DNA of 64,000 bases from Candidatus Yanofskybacteria bacterium (GCA_020852375.1 JADZAY010000009.1:12690-76689), one strand, 5' to 3'. Positions 54,731 to 64,000 are shown, numbered from the stretch's first letter. Numbers and translations: made by a program. Notes: a model not told the origin generated them from the sequence alone.

Positions 54731-56058
54731 ACATCTCCTCATTCGTTACCGATTCGCGGAAGCTCACCTATGTCCTCGGGGGAGCCATTGCTTTCATGGT
54801 ATTCATCGCGTTCATTTTCATCCTCCGGAATGTTGGCGGACAGCAGACCGGCGGTGATGTAACGCTGAAGGTGTGGGGCGTGTTCGACGATCGGGCGGTG
54901 TTCAGCGCCGCGTTCAAGGCATTTGAGACCGCCAACAAGGGAGTGCACATCGACTATCAGGTGTTCCCGCCGCAGGAATATGAGGCTGCGGTCATCAACG
55001 CCCTTGCCGCAGGACGGGGGCCGGATGTCTGGATGATGCATCACACATGGCTCCCCAAGCATATCGACAAGATACAGCCCATGCCTGAACGGCTGACGGG
55101 TGACAAAGAGCCGCTCATGACCATCAAGCAGTTCAAGGATCTGTTCGTGGATGTCGCCGCATATGATCTCGTGAACAACGGAAAGATCTATGGGCTGCCG
55201 CTCTATGTCGATACGCTTGCGCTGTACTACAACAAAGACATGTTCTCGAGCGCCGGCATCGCACAACCGCCGCGCACGTGGAACGACTTCATGGATGATG
55301 TGAAGAAGATCACGCAGTATGATGCGAATCGCAATATCACGCGGTTGGGTGCTGCAATGGGCTCGGCAAGGAACATCAACCGCTCTACGGATATCCTCAT
55401 GATGCTCATGCTCCAGTCGGGCGTGCAGATGACGAATGCCGATGGGACCCAAGCCACGTTCTCTCGTTCGGTTGATGGGCAGAATGTCGGCGAGCGCGCG
55501 CTTATGTTCTACACGGACTTCACGAATCCGCAGAAAGAGGTCTATACCTGGAACGATGCGATGGATTACTCCATCGATGCATTTGCTGAGGGGTCAACGG
55601 CGATGATGATCAACTATGCTCACCAGGTTTCCGTTATTCGCAGTAAGGCGCCGCGCCTGAACTGGGCCGTTGCCGCGGTTCCGCAGGCGAGTACGGTGGA
55701 TGCCCGAACCTACGCCAACTATTGGCCACTGGTCGTTTCGCTGAAATCGGAGCATCCCGAGACTGCATGGCGATTGGTGCATTACCTTGCTGCCGGAGAG
55801 GGAACCGTTCCCTACCTGAACGCGGCGAATCGTCCGTCGGCGCGGCGCGATCTCATCGAACAACAGAAGAGCGACCCCGATCTTGGCGTGTTTGCGTTGC
55901 AGGCTCTGACGGCACGTTCCTGGCTCCAAGCGAACAATCAGACCATTGAGACTATTTTTGCCGACATGATCGACGCGGTGAATCTTGGGCGGCAATCCAT
56001 TACGAATGCGCTTCGAGATGCGGAGACAAAGGTGTCGGTGCTCATGAGCGGCCGGTGA
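54727..56058 (+). CDS. ABC transporter substrate-binding protein (family 1, sugar-type), membrane-anchored
   Basis: N-terminal TM helix, then an SBP fold (KVWGVFDD..., LPLYVDTLALYYNKDMF). Confidence 0.75.
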   Translation: MNISSFVTDSRKLTYVLGGAIAFMVFIAFIFILRNVGGQQTGGDVTLKVWGVFDDRAVFSAAFKAFETANKGVHIDYQVFPPQEYEAAVINALAAGRGPDVWMMHHTWLPKHIDKIQPMPERLTGDKEPLMTIKQFKDLFVDVAAYDLVNNGKIYGLPLYVDTLALYYNKDMFSSAGIAQPPRTWNDFMDDVKKITQYDANRNITRLGAAMGSARNINRSTDILMMLMLQSGVQMTNADGTQATFSRSVDGQNVGERALMFYTDFTNPQKEVYTWNDAMDYSIDAFAEGSTAMMINYAHQVSVIRSKAPRLNWAVAAVPQASTVDARTYANYWPLVVSLKSEHPETAWRLVHYLAAGEGTVPYLNAANRPSARRDLIEQQKSDPDLGVFALQALTARSWLQANNQTIETIFADMIDAVNLGRQSITNALRDAETKVSVLMSGR

Positions 56059-56065
56059 TACCACG

Positions 56066-57184
56066 ATGTTGCGCATTCTCCGAAAACGGATAGGCCCTGT
56101 GATCGCGCTTACCTGGATTGCTGCGGTTTTCTTGCTCCCACATATCGCTCGGGCTGAATTCTTCCCGCTCATACCGTGTGGATCCGAGGCGGCAGGGCAG
56201 GTGCCGTGCACCCCATGTGATCTGTTCAAGACCGCAAAGAATCTCATTGACCTGGTACTCTACGGCGTCACGGGGCCAATCGCGGCGTTCATGATCGTGA
56301 TCGCCGGTGGCATGATCCTCTTGGGTGGCGAATACCCGGATCGCCTCAAGCAGGGAAAGGAGCTACTCCGGAACACACTGATCGGGGTCGCGATCATCTT
56401 ATTCTCGTGGGTTGCCGTAACGACGCTCATTAAGATGTTGGGTGCAGGGAGCAAGTATGACGCGTGGTACGAGTTTAGCTGTCCGATCGGGCTATCGAAT
56501 ATTCCGCCCATCGTGACCGCTACCCCAACGTCCACGGCCGTGGTCCTCCCGCCGCGGCCGGTGGCGACTCCGCCGCCAAATGTCGGCGCTCGAACGATGG
56601 CTGATGTGCTTCCGATCTGCGGGACGACGGGGGCGAACGGGAAACCATTTCAGTGCGGGGACTGCACACAGAAGGTGGATCTGGCGACCGGGAAGACATA
56701 CGGGAGCATTATGCAGCAGTATGCGGGTGGTCCGGTCACGGCTAGCCTGCTCGACGCGATCATGTATCAGGAGTCACGGTGTCAGACCGGTCTCGCAAGC
56801 AAGGCGGGAGCGTATGGCATCATGCAGATACTTCCGAGTACCGCGAACGGCTTTCGTGGCGCGTGCGGCGTTTCAGAGCGCATTAATGCCGGGTGGCTTA
56901 TGAGCGAGGTAAATACTGAGAAGAGCATTTGTATCGCCGCTGCGTATCTGAAATCGCTGGTCGGTGCTTGTGGGAACAGCCCGGTTCACCTGGCGGCAAA
57001 CTACAACGGAAGCAATGCATGCGCACCGAGCAGGGATTGCGCGAATGTGCAGAGCTGCACGGGAGAAGGAGCGATGCGCCGCTGGGAATGCCCGTGGAAC
57101 GACCCGCAACACACCAGTTCGAACACGGGGTTTATCGAGACGCGCAAATACGCACCGAATGTTGGGTACTGTGCATCACGCTAA
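56066..57184 (+). CDS. fusion protein: VirB2/TrbC-like pilin domain + lytic transglycosylase (SLT/VirB1-like) domain
   Basis: N-terminus: signal peptide, Cys pair CGSEAAGQVPCTPCDLF, then two TM helices (the pilin-like pattern also seen in the downstream paralogs). C-terminus: SLT motifs ESRCQ..AYGIMQILPSTA. Confidence 0.55.
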   Translation: MLRILRKRIGPVIALTWIAAVFLLPHIARAEFFPLIPCGSEAAGQVPCTPCDLFKTAKNLIDLVLYGVTGPIAAFMIVIAGGMILLGGEYPDRLKQGKELLRNTLIGVAIILFSWVAVTTLIKMLGAGSKYDAWYEFSCPIGLSNIPPIVTATPTSTAVVLPPRPVATPPPNVGARTMADVLPICGTTGANGKPFQCGDCTQKVDLATGKTYGSIMQQYAGGPVTASLLDAIMYQESRCQTGLASKAGAYGIMQILPSTANGFRGACGVSERINAGWLMSEVNTEKSICIAAAYLKSLVGACGNSPVHLAANYNGSNACAPSRDCANVQSCTGEGAMRRWECPWNDPQHTSSNTGFIETRKYAPNVGYCASR

Positions 57185-57187
57185 TTT

Positions 57188-57775
57188 ATGCGACACATCA
57201 TTATTCTCTTCACGATGCTCGTAGTTGCCGGTGGCGGAGTAGTTGGGTTTGCCCGCGCTGACGACATCACCCCACAGGAGTTCTTGTACGCATTTCACCT
57301 TCGGTGGGCCGGCGGCGTTCCGACGTGGGCCGAGTCGTATGAGCTGACGACTGGCGGGCAGGTGACTCCGGAGCCGGGCGCTTGGAGACTTCGCATTATT
57401 GCTTCGAATGGGACGGTGCTCGAGGAGTACCCGGTGAACCAGCAGCAGGATGGGAAGGAAGATATGATTCTGGCCTATACCGGTCGCGGAGCGCGTGCGG
57501 TGTTGCTTGATGCGCAAGGAGTGTCGCGTTTGGAGGTGGATCTTTCTGGGAGTCAGGTGTGTAACGATGATGGTGTGTGCGATGGGCAATATGGGGAGGA
57601 CGGACGAAACTGTCCCGTAGATTGCGCCGGGAGCGTCGGCTCCGCCACGATCAGCGAGCAGGGATCGTTTGGGCGACAGGTGGGCGCATGGATGATGCGG
57701 GTGAGCTTTGCGCTTGTCGGCGTGCTCTTGCTTGGAGCCGCCCTGCGGACGCTAGACAGTCGTAGGCGAGCATAG
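57188..57775 (+). CDS. secreted protein with C-terminal membrane anchor, hypothetical
   Basis: Signal peptide. Cys-rich motif CNDDGVCDGQYGEDGRNCPVDC. C-terminal TM helix. Confidence 0.45.
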   Translation: MRHIIILFTMLVVAGGGVVGFARADDITPQEFLYAFHLRWAGGVPTWAESYELTTGGQVTPEPGAWRLRIIASNGTVLEEYPVNQQQDGKEDMILAYTGRGARAVLLDAQGVSRLEVDLSGSQVCNDDGVCDGQYGEDGRNCPVDCAGSVGSATISEQGSFGRQVGAWMMRVSFALVGVLLLGAALRTLDSRRRA

Positions 57776-57779
57776 GATA

Positions 57780-58061
57780 ATGCACGATATGGCCGAAGTC
57801 TTTCCTATCAGAAACCCCATCGGTGTCGACAATCTGCAGGATCTGTTTGCGATGCTCAGCGAGCGCATTCTTGATATTGTCATCCCTATCGCAGTGCTCA
57901 TGTATGTTTGGGCGGGAGTGAACCTTCTGATCGCCGCGGGCGATACGGGCAAGATCAAGAAAGCGAAGGACATTATGAAGTGGACGACGGCCGGCCTGCT
58001 TATCATTTTTATCGGAGGCGGGTTCGTCGATCTGATCCGTAGTATTCTGAACGCCGGGTGA
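57780..58061 (+). CDS. VirB2/TrbC-like pilin paralog 1
   Basis: 93 aa, two TM helices separated by a short charged loop (AAGDTGKIKKAKD). Confidence 0.5.
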   Translation: MHDMAEVFPIRNPIGVDNLQDLFAMLSERILDIVIPIAVLMYVWAGVNLLIAAGDTGKIKKAKDIMKWTTAGLLIIFIGGGFVDLIRSILNAG

Positions 58062-58330
58062 TCATGGACACGACGAACACATTCGGATTCGATCGGGTGG
58101 TTGCAGTGCTGAACTACCTTGCCGATACGGCTCTTCTGCTCGCCGGACTCCTGGCGGTCGTCATGATCATATGGTTCGGGCTTCGCATGGCGACCGCAAA
58201 GGGCGATCCGAAGGTATTCGATGATGCGAAGAATCACCTCATCAAGGCCGTCATCGGGGCGATGATCATCTTTGGCGTGTATACTATCATCAACACCATT
58301 GGCGGCGCAGCAGAGACGCTCACTCAATAA
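58058..58330 (+). CDS. VirB2/TrbC-like pilin paralog 2
   Basis: 90 aa, two TM helices, loop TAKGDPKVFDDAKNH. Overlaps paralog 1 by 4 bp. Confidence 0.5.
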   Translation: MIMDTTNTFGFDRVVAVLNYLADTALLLAGLLAVVMIIWFGLRMATAKGDPKVFDDAKNHLIKAVIGAMIIFGVYTIINTIGGAAETLTQ

Positions 58331-58354
58331 GGACTTATCTGGTATACTTGCTCT

Positions 58355-58717
58355 ATGAGGCTTCCAAAACCACTCGCCAAGCTTGTCGTAATTCTCGGCT
58401 CATCTTCTCCGCTGCTCGCTGTGGCGCAGTCGGTTCCTGTTCCAATTGATGGAGACACCCTGACTCTTTCGAAGGTTGTAGTGCTGGTGGAAGATCTTAT
58501 TAATACGTTTTTCATCCTTGTTTCGGTGGTCATCGTGGGTGTTATGGTGTTCGCCGGCTTGAAAATGGCGACTGCACGAGGAGACGAGAAAGAGTTTGCT
58601 AAAGCGAAGCTTATGCTGAGGCAGGCAGTTATTGGTGCCGTTATCGTATTCGGGGTAGGTGTCATCATTAAAACGATCGCGGACTTTGCAACGAATCCTA
58701 CGCAAATCCTGCGCTAG
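58355..58717 (+). CDS. VirB2/TrbC-like pilin paralog 3 (with signal peptide)
   Basis: 120 aa. Signal peptide plus two TM helices, loop TARGDEKEFAKAK. Confidence 0.5.
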   Translation: MRLPKPLAKLVVILGSSSPLLAVAQSVPVPIDGDTLTLSKVVVLVEDLINTFFILVSVVIVGVMVFAGLKMATARGDEKEFAKAKLMLRQAVIGAVIVFGVGVIIKTIADFATNPTQILR

Positions 58718-58732
58718 AAAGGGGGTGTCGCT

Positions 58733-59110
58733 ATGAAACGAACTATTCAGAAATACGGAGCAGCTGCAGCATTGTTCGCGCTGATGGTCGCACCGACCGT
58801 TGCGCTTGCGATCACGCAGCCGACGATCCCGCCGGGTGTTTCGGGGCAGACCATTAAGGGGTCTGATGTGGTGCGCATCATCAATGATGTGGTGCAGACT
58901 CTCATCACGATCAGTGTGGTTGTCGCCATCGGATACTTCATCCTTGGTGCGATCAACTACGCAACTGGGCAGAAGTTTTTGGCGGGAGATAAGGGTGATG
59001 GGAAGAGCATGATGAAGAACGCGGTGTGGGGCATCGCCCTCATGCTGGCTATCGGGCTCATCATCAACACGGTCGCCGGATTCATCAATCGCGGTCTCAA
59101 TCTCGGCTAG
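58733..59110 (+). CDS. VirB2/TrbC-like pilin paralog 4 (with signal peptide)
   Basis: 125 aa. Signal peptide plus two TM helices, loop FLAGDKGDGKSMMKN. Followed by terminator 59131-59160. Confidence 0.5.
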   Translation: MKRTIQKYGAAAALFALMVAPTVALAITQPTIPPGVSGQTIKGSDVVRIINDVVQTLITISVVVAIGYFILGAINYATGQKFLAGDKGDGKSMMKNAVWGIALMLAIGLIINTVAGFINRGLNLG

Positions 59111-59130
59111 TCCATCCGTGGCCACGGATA

Positions 59131-59160
59131 CCACAAACCCCCGGAATCGGGGGTTTGTGG
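59131..59160. terminator. hairpin terminator after the pilin array
   Basis: CCACAAACCCCCG-gaat-CGGGGGTTTGTGG. Confidence 0.55.
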
Positions 59161-59167
59161 TAGGGAG

Positions 59168-59248
59168 TGCGCCCGGAGGGAGTTGAACCCCCACGCCTTA
59201 CGGCACCGCCTCCTAAGGGCGGCGTGTCTGCCAATTCCACCACGGGCG
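59168..59248 (-). tRNA. tRNA-Leu (anticodon TAG), long variable arm
   Basis: Acceptor GCGCCCG/CGGGCGC. Anticodon loop ctTAGga. Variable arm TGCCGTAAGGCGT. Confidence 0.85.
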
Positions 59249-59283
59249 CGTGCTCGGTATTGTACCGTCGGAGCGACAAAAAT

Positions 59284-59313
59284 GAAAGCCGGTACCTACG
59301 GGTGCCGGCTTTC
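59284..59313. terminator. hairpin terminator after hsp20
   Basis: GAAAGCCGG-tacctacgggtg-CCGGCTTTC, with a T-run on the minus strand. Confidence 0.5.
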
Positions 59314-59321
59314 TGGTGGGG

Positions 59322-59723
59322 CTACTTCAATTCTATCTTCAGCCGCTTGGTCTTTGCTTTTTCGAGTGTCGGGAGGCGGATCGTGAGGATGCCGTTCTTC
59401 ATGCTTGCCTTGGCGCCGTCGGCGTCGACTTCTTCGGGAAGAATGATCGAGCGTGAGAACGGACCCCAGTAGAGCTCTTGGTAGTAGTAATTCTGGGAGC
59501 GCACCTTGGATTCAGGGGAGCGGGAGCCCTTAATGGTCACCATGTCATTCAGGATGCTGATGTCGATGTCGGCGGCAGTCGCGCCAGCGATCGTGGACTG
59601 GATGACAATGTCGCCTTCGTCGCGATAGACATCAACGGTGAGCGAGCCCTCGGGCTGTTCTTGGTCTTTCCGTGATGCGGCGAGCTGGATGTCGAGCTCT
59701 TCGTCGTTTGGGGTGTAGGGCAT
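59322..59723 (-). CDS. Hsp20/alpha-crystallin family small heat shock protein
   Basis: ACD motifs; GILTIRLP near the C-terminus. Confidence 0.85.
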   Translation of the reverse strand: MPYTPNDEELDIQLAASRKDQEQPEGSLTVDVYRDEGDIVIQSTIAGATAADIDISILNDMVTIKGSRSPESKVRSQNYYYQELYWGPFSRSIILPEEVDADGAKASMKNGILTIRLPTLEKAKTKRLKIELK

Positions 59724-59726
59724 AGA

Positions 59727-60452
59727 TCACGCAACGCTCGGGGTTACCCGGTCGCCTCGTTCTTTGATTTTATCAAATAACACCGATATAAGGAAAGCCA
59801 TACCCATCAACAGGGCAGTGGAGAAGAGGAGGCTTACCGAGCGGTGCATCTGCGAGATGAACAGATTGAATGTCCAATGGAATACGGTTGCAAGCGCGAA
59901 TCCGATGGCAAAGAGGGTCTTCCGGTTGGTGAAGTAGAACCATGCGAGGGCGATGAAGTATCCGAGGAGGGCGGATGATAGTGCGTGGAGCAGGGTGGCA
60001 CCGGCAAAGCGGAGCGACCAAATGCCGAGCGTTGCCGAGAGCCCATCCCCAATGACTCGGTTGATGACGAGGATGTTTTCCATTGCTGCGAATCCCATGG
60101 CCGCGGTGAGCATATAGATCATCGCATCCACTGGCTCATCGAAGTCAGGCGAGCGAAGGACTACAAAGAATACGGCGAGGTACTTTACCGCCTCCTCGAC
60201 CGCTGCGGCCCATAAATAGAATCCCGGGGTTCCTGATAGCGTTGCCGGATCTCCGCCGAACATCTTCGCGATGAGCTGGACGAAAAGGAGCTGGAACATG
60301 ATGGCAAGCGGCGACAACATGATGCCCAGGAGCAGCACCTTCGTGATGAGAACTTTCGGCTCCGGATGGCAGTCTTTGCGCAGCCAATACGCAAGCCAAA
60401 TCAGGCTAGGGAGCGAGCCAACGAATACGAGCAAGAGGTATGACCCCATCAC
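59727..60452 (-). CDS. PrsW family intramembrane metalloprotease
   Basis: Multi-TM protein with EEAVKY, FAAMEN and HALSSALLGY motifs. Confidence 0.7.
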   Translation of the reverse strand: MMGSYLLLVFVGSLPSLIWLAYWLRKDCHPEPKVLITKVLLLGIMLSPLAIMFQLLFVQLIAKMFGGDPATLSGTPGFYLWAAAVEEAVKYLAVFFVVLRSPDFDEPVDAMIYMLTAAMGFAAMENILVINRVIGDGLSATLGIWSLRFAGATLLHALSSALLGYFIALAWFYFTNRKTLFAIGFALATVFHWTFNLFISQMHRSVSLLFSTALLMGMAFLISVLFDKIKERGDRVTPSVA

Positions 60453-60455
60453 TCT

Positions 60456-62633
60456 CTATGGTAGCACGACCGGCCATGGTTGAACCATGAGGAGATCCTT
60501 CGGGTCGGTGGCTTCCGTGACGCGGCCCCAAAGCTCTTCGGTCACGAATGGGGCGAACGGGTGGGCGAGTTTGAGAGTTGTAGTGATGACCCATAGCAGG
60601 ATCCGAAGCGTGTTCTCCTTGAGCGCGGGATCCTGGAGCTGCGTCTTGCTGGCTTCAAGGTAGACATCAGCAAGCTCGTGCCACGCGAACTGATAGACTT
60701 GCTGGGACGCCTCGTGAAGGACGAATCGGTCGAGGTTTCCGGTGACCGCCGTGGTAACCTCTGAGAGCTTTGCCAGGATGTCCCGGTCGGCATCGGTGCG
60801 GGCTTCCGGCGCGCTCTTTGGAATGAGCGCTGCGGTGTTGTCGCAGTTCGTGTGCACGAACCGGATGATGTTCCAGAGCTTGTTCGCGAAGTACTTGTAT
60901 GCTCGGATCTTATCTTCGCTGATGCGGCTGTCGGTTCCCGGTGTGTTCCCGACGACCAGCGCCATGCGTGCGGCATCGGCGCCGTACTTTGCGGCGACTT
61001 CGATGGGATCGATGCCGTTCCCCAGCGACTTGGACATCTTGCGGCCCTGGGCGTCGCGGACAGTGCCGTGAAGGTAGACCGTCGAGAACGGGATGGTATC
61101 GAGCGCGTATCCGGTCATGAGGATCATGCGGGCGACCCAGAAGAACAAGATCTCGTACCCGGTCTCGAGGACCGCGGTCGGGTGATACGCCTGCAGATCG
61201 GCGGTCGCGTCCGGCCAGCCGAGCGTGGAGAACGTCCAGAGTGCGGAGCTGAACCAGGTGTCGAGGGTGTCGGAATCCTGCTCCCATCCGTCTCCTGCAG
61301 GCGCCTCGCCGACAGCGATCTCGTCTCCGCGGTACCAAACCGGAATGCGATGTCCGTACCAGATCTGCCGACTGATACACCAGTCGCGGAGGTTGTCGAT
61401 CCAGTGGAAGTATGTCTTTCCGAAGTGCTCGGGGATAATGCGAATGCGTCCGTCGGCGACGGGTGTGCGCATGATGTCTTTCAGGGTCGCACCGCGTCCT
61501 GGAATCTCTTTGTTCACATTCACGAACCATTGGAGCTTGGGAAGCGGCTCGATGATCCCGCCGGTGCGCTCGGCGGTTGCCACGCTCTGCGCGACCGCCT
61601 CCTCTTTTTCTAGGAGGCTTTGTTCGCGGAGCCACGCGACCACAACCTCGCGAGCTTCTGCAACTTTCTTATCCTTCAGCTCCGGTCCACCGACCGTCAT
61701 GCGAGCGTATTCATTGATGACCTGACGCGCCGGGAGATTGTGGCGCTGAGCGATCTCCCAGTCGGTCATGCTGTGGGCGGGTGTGACGCCGACGGCACCG
61801 GTTCCGAATGTTGGGTCGGCAGCCGGGTCACCGACGACCGTGATGTGCAGGGGGACGCCGCAGAATTCGACATCGTACTCCTTGCCGATGTAGGCGCGGT
61901 AGCGCTCGTCGTCCGGGTGCACGGCGACCGCGGTGTCGCCGACCTTTGTTTCGGGACGGGTCGTTGAGATAGGGATGGGGAAGTCCTTGGAGTATTTGAA
62001 CGTGTAGAGCGTTGCGGAGCGTTCTTCGTAGACGATCTCATCATCGGAAATGGTGGTTTGCCCCTTGGGGTCCCAGTTGACGATGCGGTTTCCGCGATAG
62101 ATAAGGCCATCATCATACATGCGCTTGAACACGGTGCGCACGGCGCGGGAGCGAGCGTCGTCGAGCGTGAACGCTTCTCGGTTCCAGTCGCATGACGCCC
62201 CCATAACCTTGATCTGTTCGGTGATGACGTCGTGATGGTGCCCGACGAACGCATCAATGCGTCGGAGGAGCTCTTCTCGCCCGAGATCGTGACGACTCTT
62301 TCCTTCCTTTTTCGCAATATCTTTTTCGACGACCGCTTGCGTAGCGATGGCGGCATGATCGGTGCCGGGGAGCCACAGTGTGCGGAGCCCTCGCATGCGA
62401 GCAAAGCGGATCATGATATCTTCGACCGTCAGCATGAGCGCGTGCCCCATATGCAGAACGCCGGTGACGTTCGGGGGCGGCATGATCATTGAGAACGTCG
62501 GGGCATCGGGCTTCGTAACGCCGGCGGCGATGCAAGTGTCCGGATCGAAGAAGCCGCTGGATTCCCAGCGGGCATAGATGGCCTTTTCGGCCGAGGCGGG
62601 ATCGTAGTTTTTTGGGAACTCTGACTGGTTCAT
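60456..62633 (-). CDS. valS: valine--tRNA ligase (short form lacking C-terminal coiled coil)
   Basis: PPPNVTGVLHMGHA (ValRS-type HIGH region) and KMSKSLGN. Confidence 0.9.
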   Translation of the reverse strand: MNQSEFPKNYDPASAEKAIYARWESSGFFDPDTCIAAGVTKPDAPTFSMIMPPPNVTGVLHMGHALMLTVEDIMIRFARMRGLRTLWLPGTDHAAIATQAVVEKDIAKKEGKSRHDLGREELLRRIDAFVGHHHDVITEQIKVMGASCDWNREAFTLDDARSRAVRTVFKRMYDDGLIYRGNRIVNWDPKGQTTISDDEIVYEERSATLYTFKYSKDFPIPISTTRPETKVGDTAVAVHPDDERYRAYIGKEYDVEFCGVPLHITVVGDPAADPTFGTGAVGVTPAHSMTDWEIAQRHNLPARQVINEYARMTVGGPELKDKKVAEAREVVVAWLREQSLLEKEEAVAQSVATAERTGGIIEPLPKLQWFVNVNKEIPGRGATLKDIMRTPVADGRIRIIPEHFGKTYFHWIDNLRDWCISRQIWYGHRIPVWYRGDEIAVGEAPAGDGWEQDSDTLDTWFSSALWTFSTLGWPDATADLQAYHPTAVLETGYEILFFWVARMILMTGYALDTIPFSTVYLHGTVRDAQGRKMSKSLGNGIDPIEVAAKYGADAARMALVVGNTPGTDSRISEDKIRAYKYFANKLWNIIRFVHTNCDNTAALIPKSAPEARTDADRDILAKLSEVTTAVTGNLDRFVLHEASQQVYQFAWHELADVYLEASKTQLQDPALKENTLRILLWVITTTLKLAHPFAPFVTEELWGRVTEATDPKDLLMVQPWPVVLP

Positions 62634-63676
62634 GCTGTTGTATTCTGCCCCAACCGGAGGTTTGCGTCCATGGCTGGCTGCTCTGGCGTCGGGGATGAGT
62701 AGTATCCCGCGACTGCGATCATAGCGGCGTTGTCGGTTGTGTAGCGCAGCTCAGGAAGGATGCAGATCATGCCATTGGCCTGGCATGCGGCGGCGAGGCG
62801 TTCGCGAAGCAGGGCATTCGCGCTCACCCCTCCGGAAAGCAGGAGGGTGCCGATGCCGTGGTGTGTAGCAGCGCGGATCGCTTTTTGGACCACGACGTCG
62901 ATCGCCGCTTCTTGGAACGATGCCGCAATGTCCGCCTTCTCCTGATCGGTCAGTGGCCGCGCGTTGTTCGTGATGTCTCGGATCAGGTAGAGGACGGCGG
63001 TCTTCAGCCCGCTGTAGGAGAAATTGAACGTGTCGGATTTGAGCATGGGGCGAGGGAGCTGATAGCGCATCGGATCTCCGGAGCGGGCGAGCGCCGATAT
63101 CTTCGGGCCGCCCGGGTATGACAATCCGAGCAGGCGAGCGACCTTGTCGAATGCTTCACCAATGGCGTCGTCGAGTGTTTCTCCGACGATCTCATATGAG
63201 CCATGGTCGCGCATGAGAACGAGGTCCGTGTGGCCTCCCGATACGATGAGATTGAGCGCTGGAAAGCGGATGTCGGCAGCCGGGAAGTGCTCCGAGAGCC
63301 AGTTCGAGTGGATGTGCCCGTCCATGTGGTCCACGCCGACAACGGGAATCTCAAGTTTCCACGAGAGCGCTCGTGCGAATGTAAGACCCACTAGGAGGGC
63401 GGGAGCGAGGCCCGGGCCGCGAGTGACGGCGATGCGATCGATGTGCGGATGTCCGGCTTCTGCGAGCGCGCGCTCAACAACGGGTCCGATATTTGCCGCA
63501 TGCTCTCGCGCGGCGAGCGCCGGAACGACACCGCCGTATTGTTCGTGCAGTGCCACCTGCGATGAGACGACGTTCGCGTGCACCCGAACGTCAGCTCCCC
63601 CGTCGGTGCGGGGGAGGAGCTCAACGACAGCCGCTGCCGTCTCATCACATGATGTCTCGATGCCGAGTATCTTCAT
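62630..63676 (-). CDS. tsaD: tRNA N6-adenosine threonylcarbamoyltransferase TsaD
   Basis: MKILGIETSCDETAAAVV N-terminus. Overlaps valS by 4 bp. Confidence 0.9.
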   Translation of the reverse strand: MKILGIETSCDETAAAVVELLPRTDGGADVRVHANVVSSQVALHEQYGGVVPALAAREHAANIGPVVERALAEAGHPHIDRIAVTRGPGLAPALLVGLTFARALSWKLEIPVVGVDHMDGHIHSNWLSEHFPAADIRFPALNLIVSGGHTDLVLMRDHGSYEIVGETLDDAIGEAFDKVARLLGLSYPGGPKISALARSGDPMRYQLPRPMLKSDTFNFSYSGLKTAVLYLIRDITNNARPLTDQEKADIAASFQEAAIDVVVQKAIRAATHHGIGTLLLSGGVSANALLRERLAAACQANGMICILPELRYTTDNAAMIAVAGYYSSPTPEQPAMDANLRLGQNTTA

Positions 63677-63679
63677 TTG

Positions 63680-63754
63680 TAGCGCCGACGGGATTTGAAC
63701 CCGTGTTACTGGGATGAAAACCCAGCGTCCTAGACCGGGCTAGACGACGGCGCC
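63680..63754 (-). tRNA. tRNA-Glu (anticodon TTC)
   Basis: Acceptor GGCGCCG/CGGCGCT. Anticodon loop ttTTCat. Confidence 0.85.
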
Positions 63755-63803
63755 ATTTGACAACAATTTATTTTAACAGAATTATTGGTTTTTTCAATAC
63801 TTC

Positions 63804-63841
63804 CTCACGAAAAATCCCCCGTGTGGGGGATTTTTCGTGAG
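63804..63841. terminator. hairpin terminator after rplT
   Basis: CTCACGAAAAATCCCCC-gtgt-GGGGGATTTTTCGTGAG. Confidence 0.55.
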
Positions 63842-63846
63842 ACATA

Positions 63847-64000
63847 CTACTTTGTTGCGAGGATCTGGGAGAAGATCTCGGGGTGCTTCGCGGCGAGAAC
63901 CGAGAGGACTTTTCGATCGAGGGCAATGTTCGCCGCTTTGAGCTGGGCGATGAGCTTCGAGTACGAGACGCCATTCTCCTGAGCAGCCGCATTCACGCGG
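63847..64000 (-). CDS. rplT: 50S ribosomal protein L20, C-terminal part only (gene continues past window end)
   Basis: Translation ...RVNAAAQENGVSYSKLIAQLKAANIALDRKVLSVLAAKHPEIFSQILATK* matches the conserved L20 C-terminus. Confidence 0.8.
   Translation of the reverse strand, partial: RVNAAAQENGVSYSKLIAQLKAANIALDRKVLSVLAAKHPEIFSQILATK

Overview
Bacterial chromosome window, about 60% GC, dense with small genes and tRNA genes. The gene content and style are consistent with a reduced-genome CPR/Patescibacteria-like organism, but that is inference. Four blocks stand out. (1) The replication-origin neighbourhood: rpmH-rnpA-yidD-yidC-jag on the minus strand diverging from dnaA-dnaN, with DnaA-box-like motifs and an AT-rich stretch in the dnaA-dnaN spacer. 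(2) A co-directional operon at 12.3-22.9 kb encoding a type IV secretion-like apparatus: a VirB6/TrbL-like polytopic protein, a PrgI-like protein, a VirB4-family ATPase apparently split into two ORFs, and several secreted or membrane proteins of unknown function. No relaxase or coupling protein is visible. A second locus at 56.0-59.1 kb has a pilin-lytic transglycosylase fusion and four tandem VirB2/TrbC-like pilin paralogs. (3) Seventeen tRNA genes, one of them interrupted by a roughly 206-nt Azoarcus-type group I intron in the anticodon loop (most likely tRNA-Phe GAA). (4) A family of at least seven roughly 120-170-bp structured repeats. Each sits immediately 3' of a tRNA gene; this is the most unusual signal in the window. 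Each has a conserved GC-rich core (GCCGGAGCGATG ... GAGGCGGTGGCCAGCCCGAG ... GAGAGGCGAGGCC) with co-varying internal hairpins. Each is flanked on one side by a sequence complementary to the T-arm of the adjacent tRNA and on the other by a 14-24-bp direct copy of that tRNA's 3' end. Hairpin-plus-TACAAT promoter modules are reused three times in the same neighbourhoods. Two free-standing HNH nucleases and one GIY-YIG nuclease lie beside the tRNA clusters. A low-GC (about 38%) SDR gene sits next to tRNA-Ser(TGA). Everything else is housekeeping: cca, pcrA/uvrD-like helicase, rsmA, pbp1A, tyrS, ruvCB, yebC, pilB, nusA, tig, a NifS/IscS-family cysteine desulfurase, rplS, ftsH, rpsA, gyrA, valS, tsaD, rplT (partial). 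Coordinates of RNA features and repeats were read by eye and may be off by a few bases.
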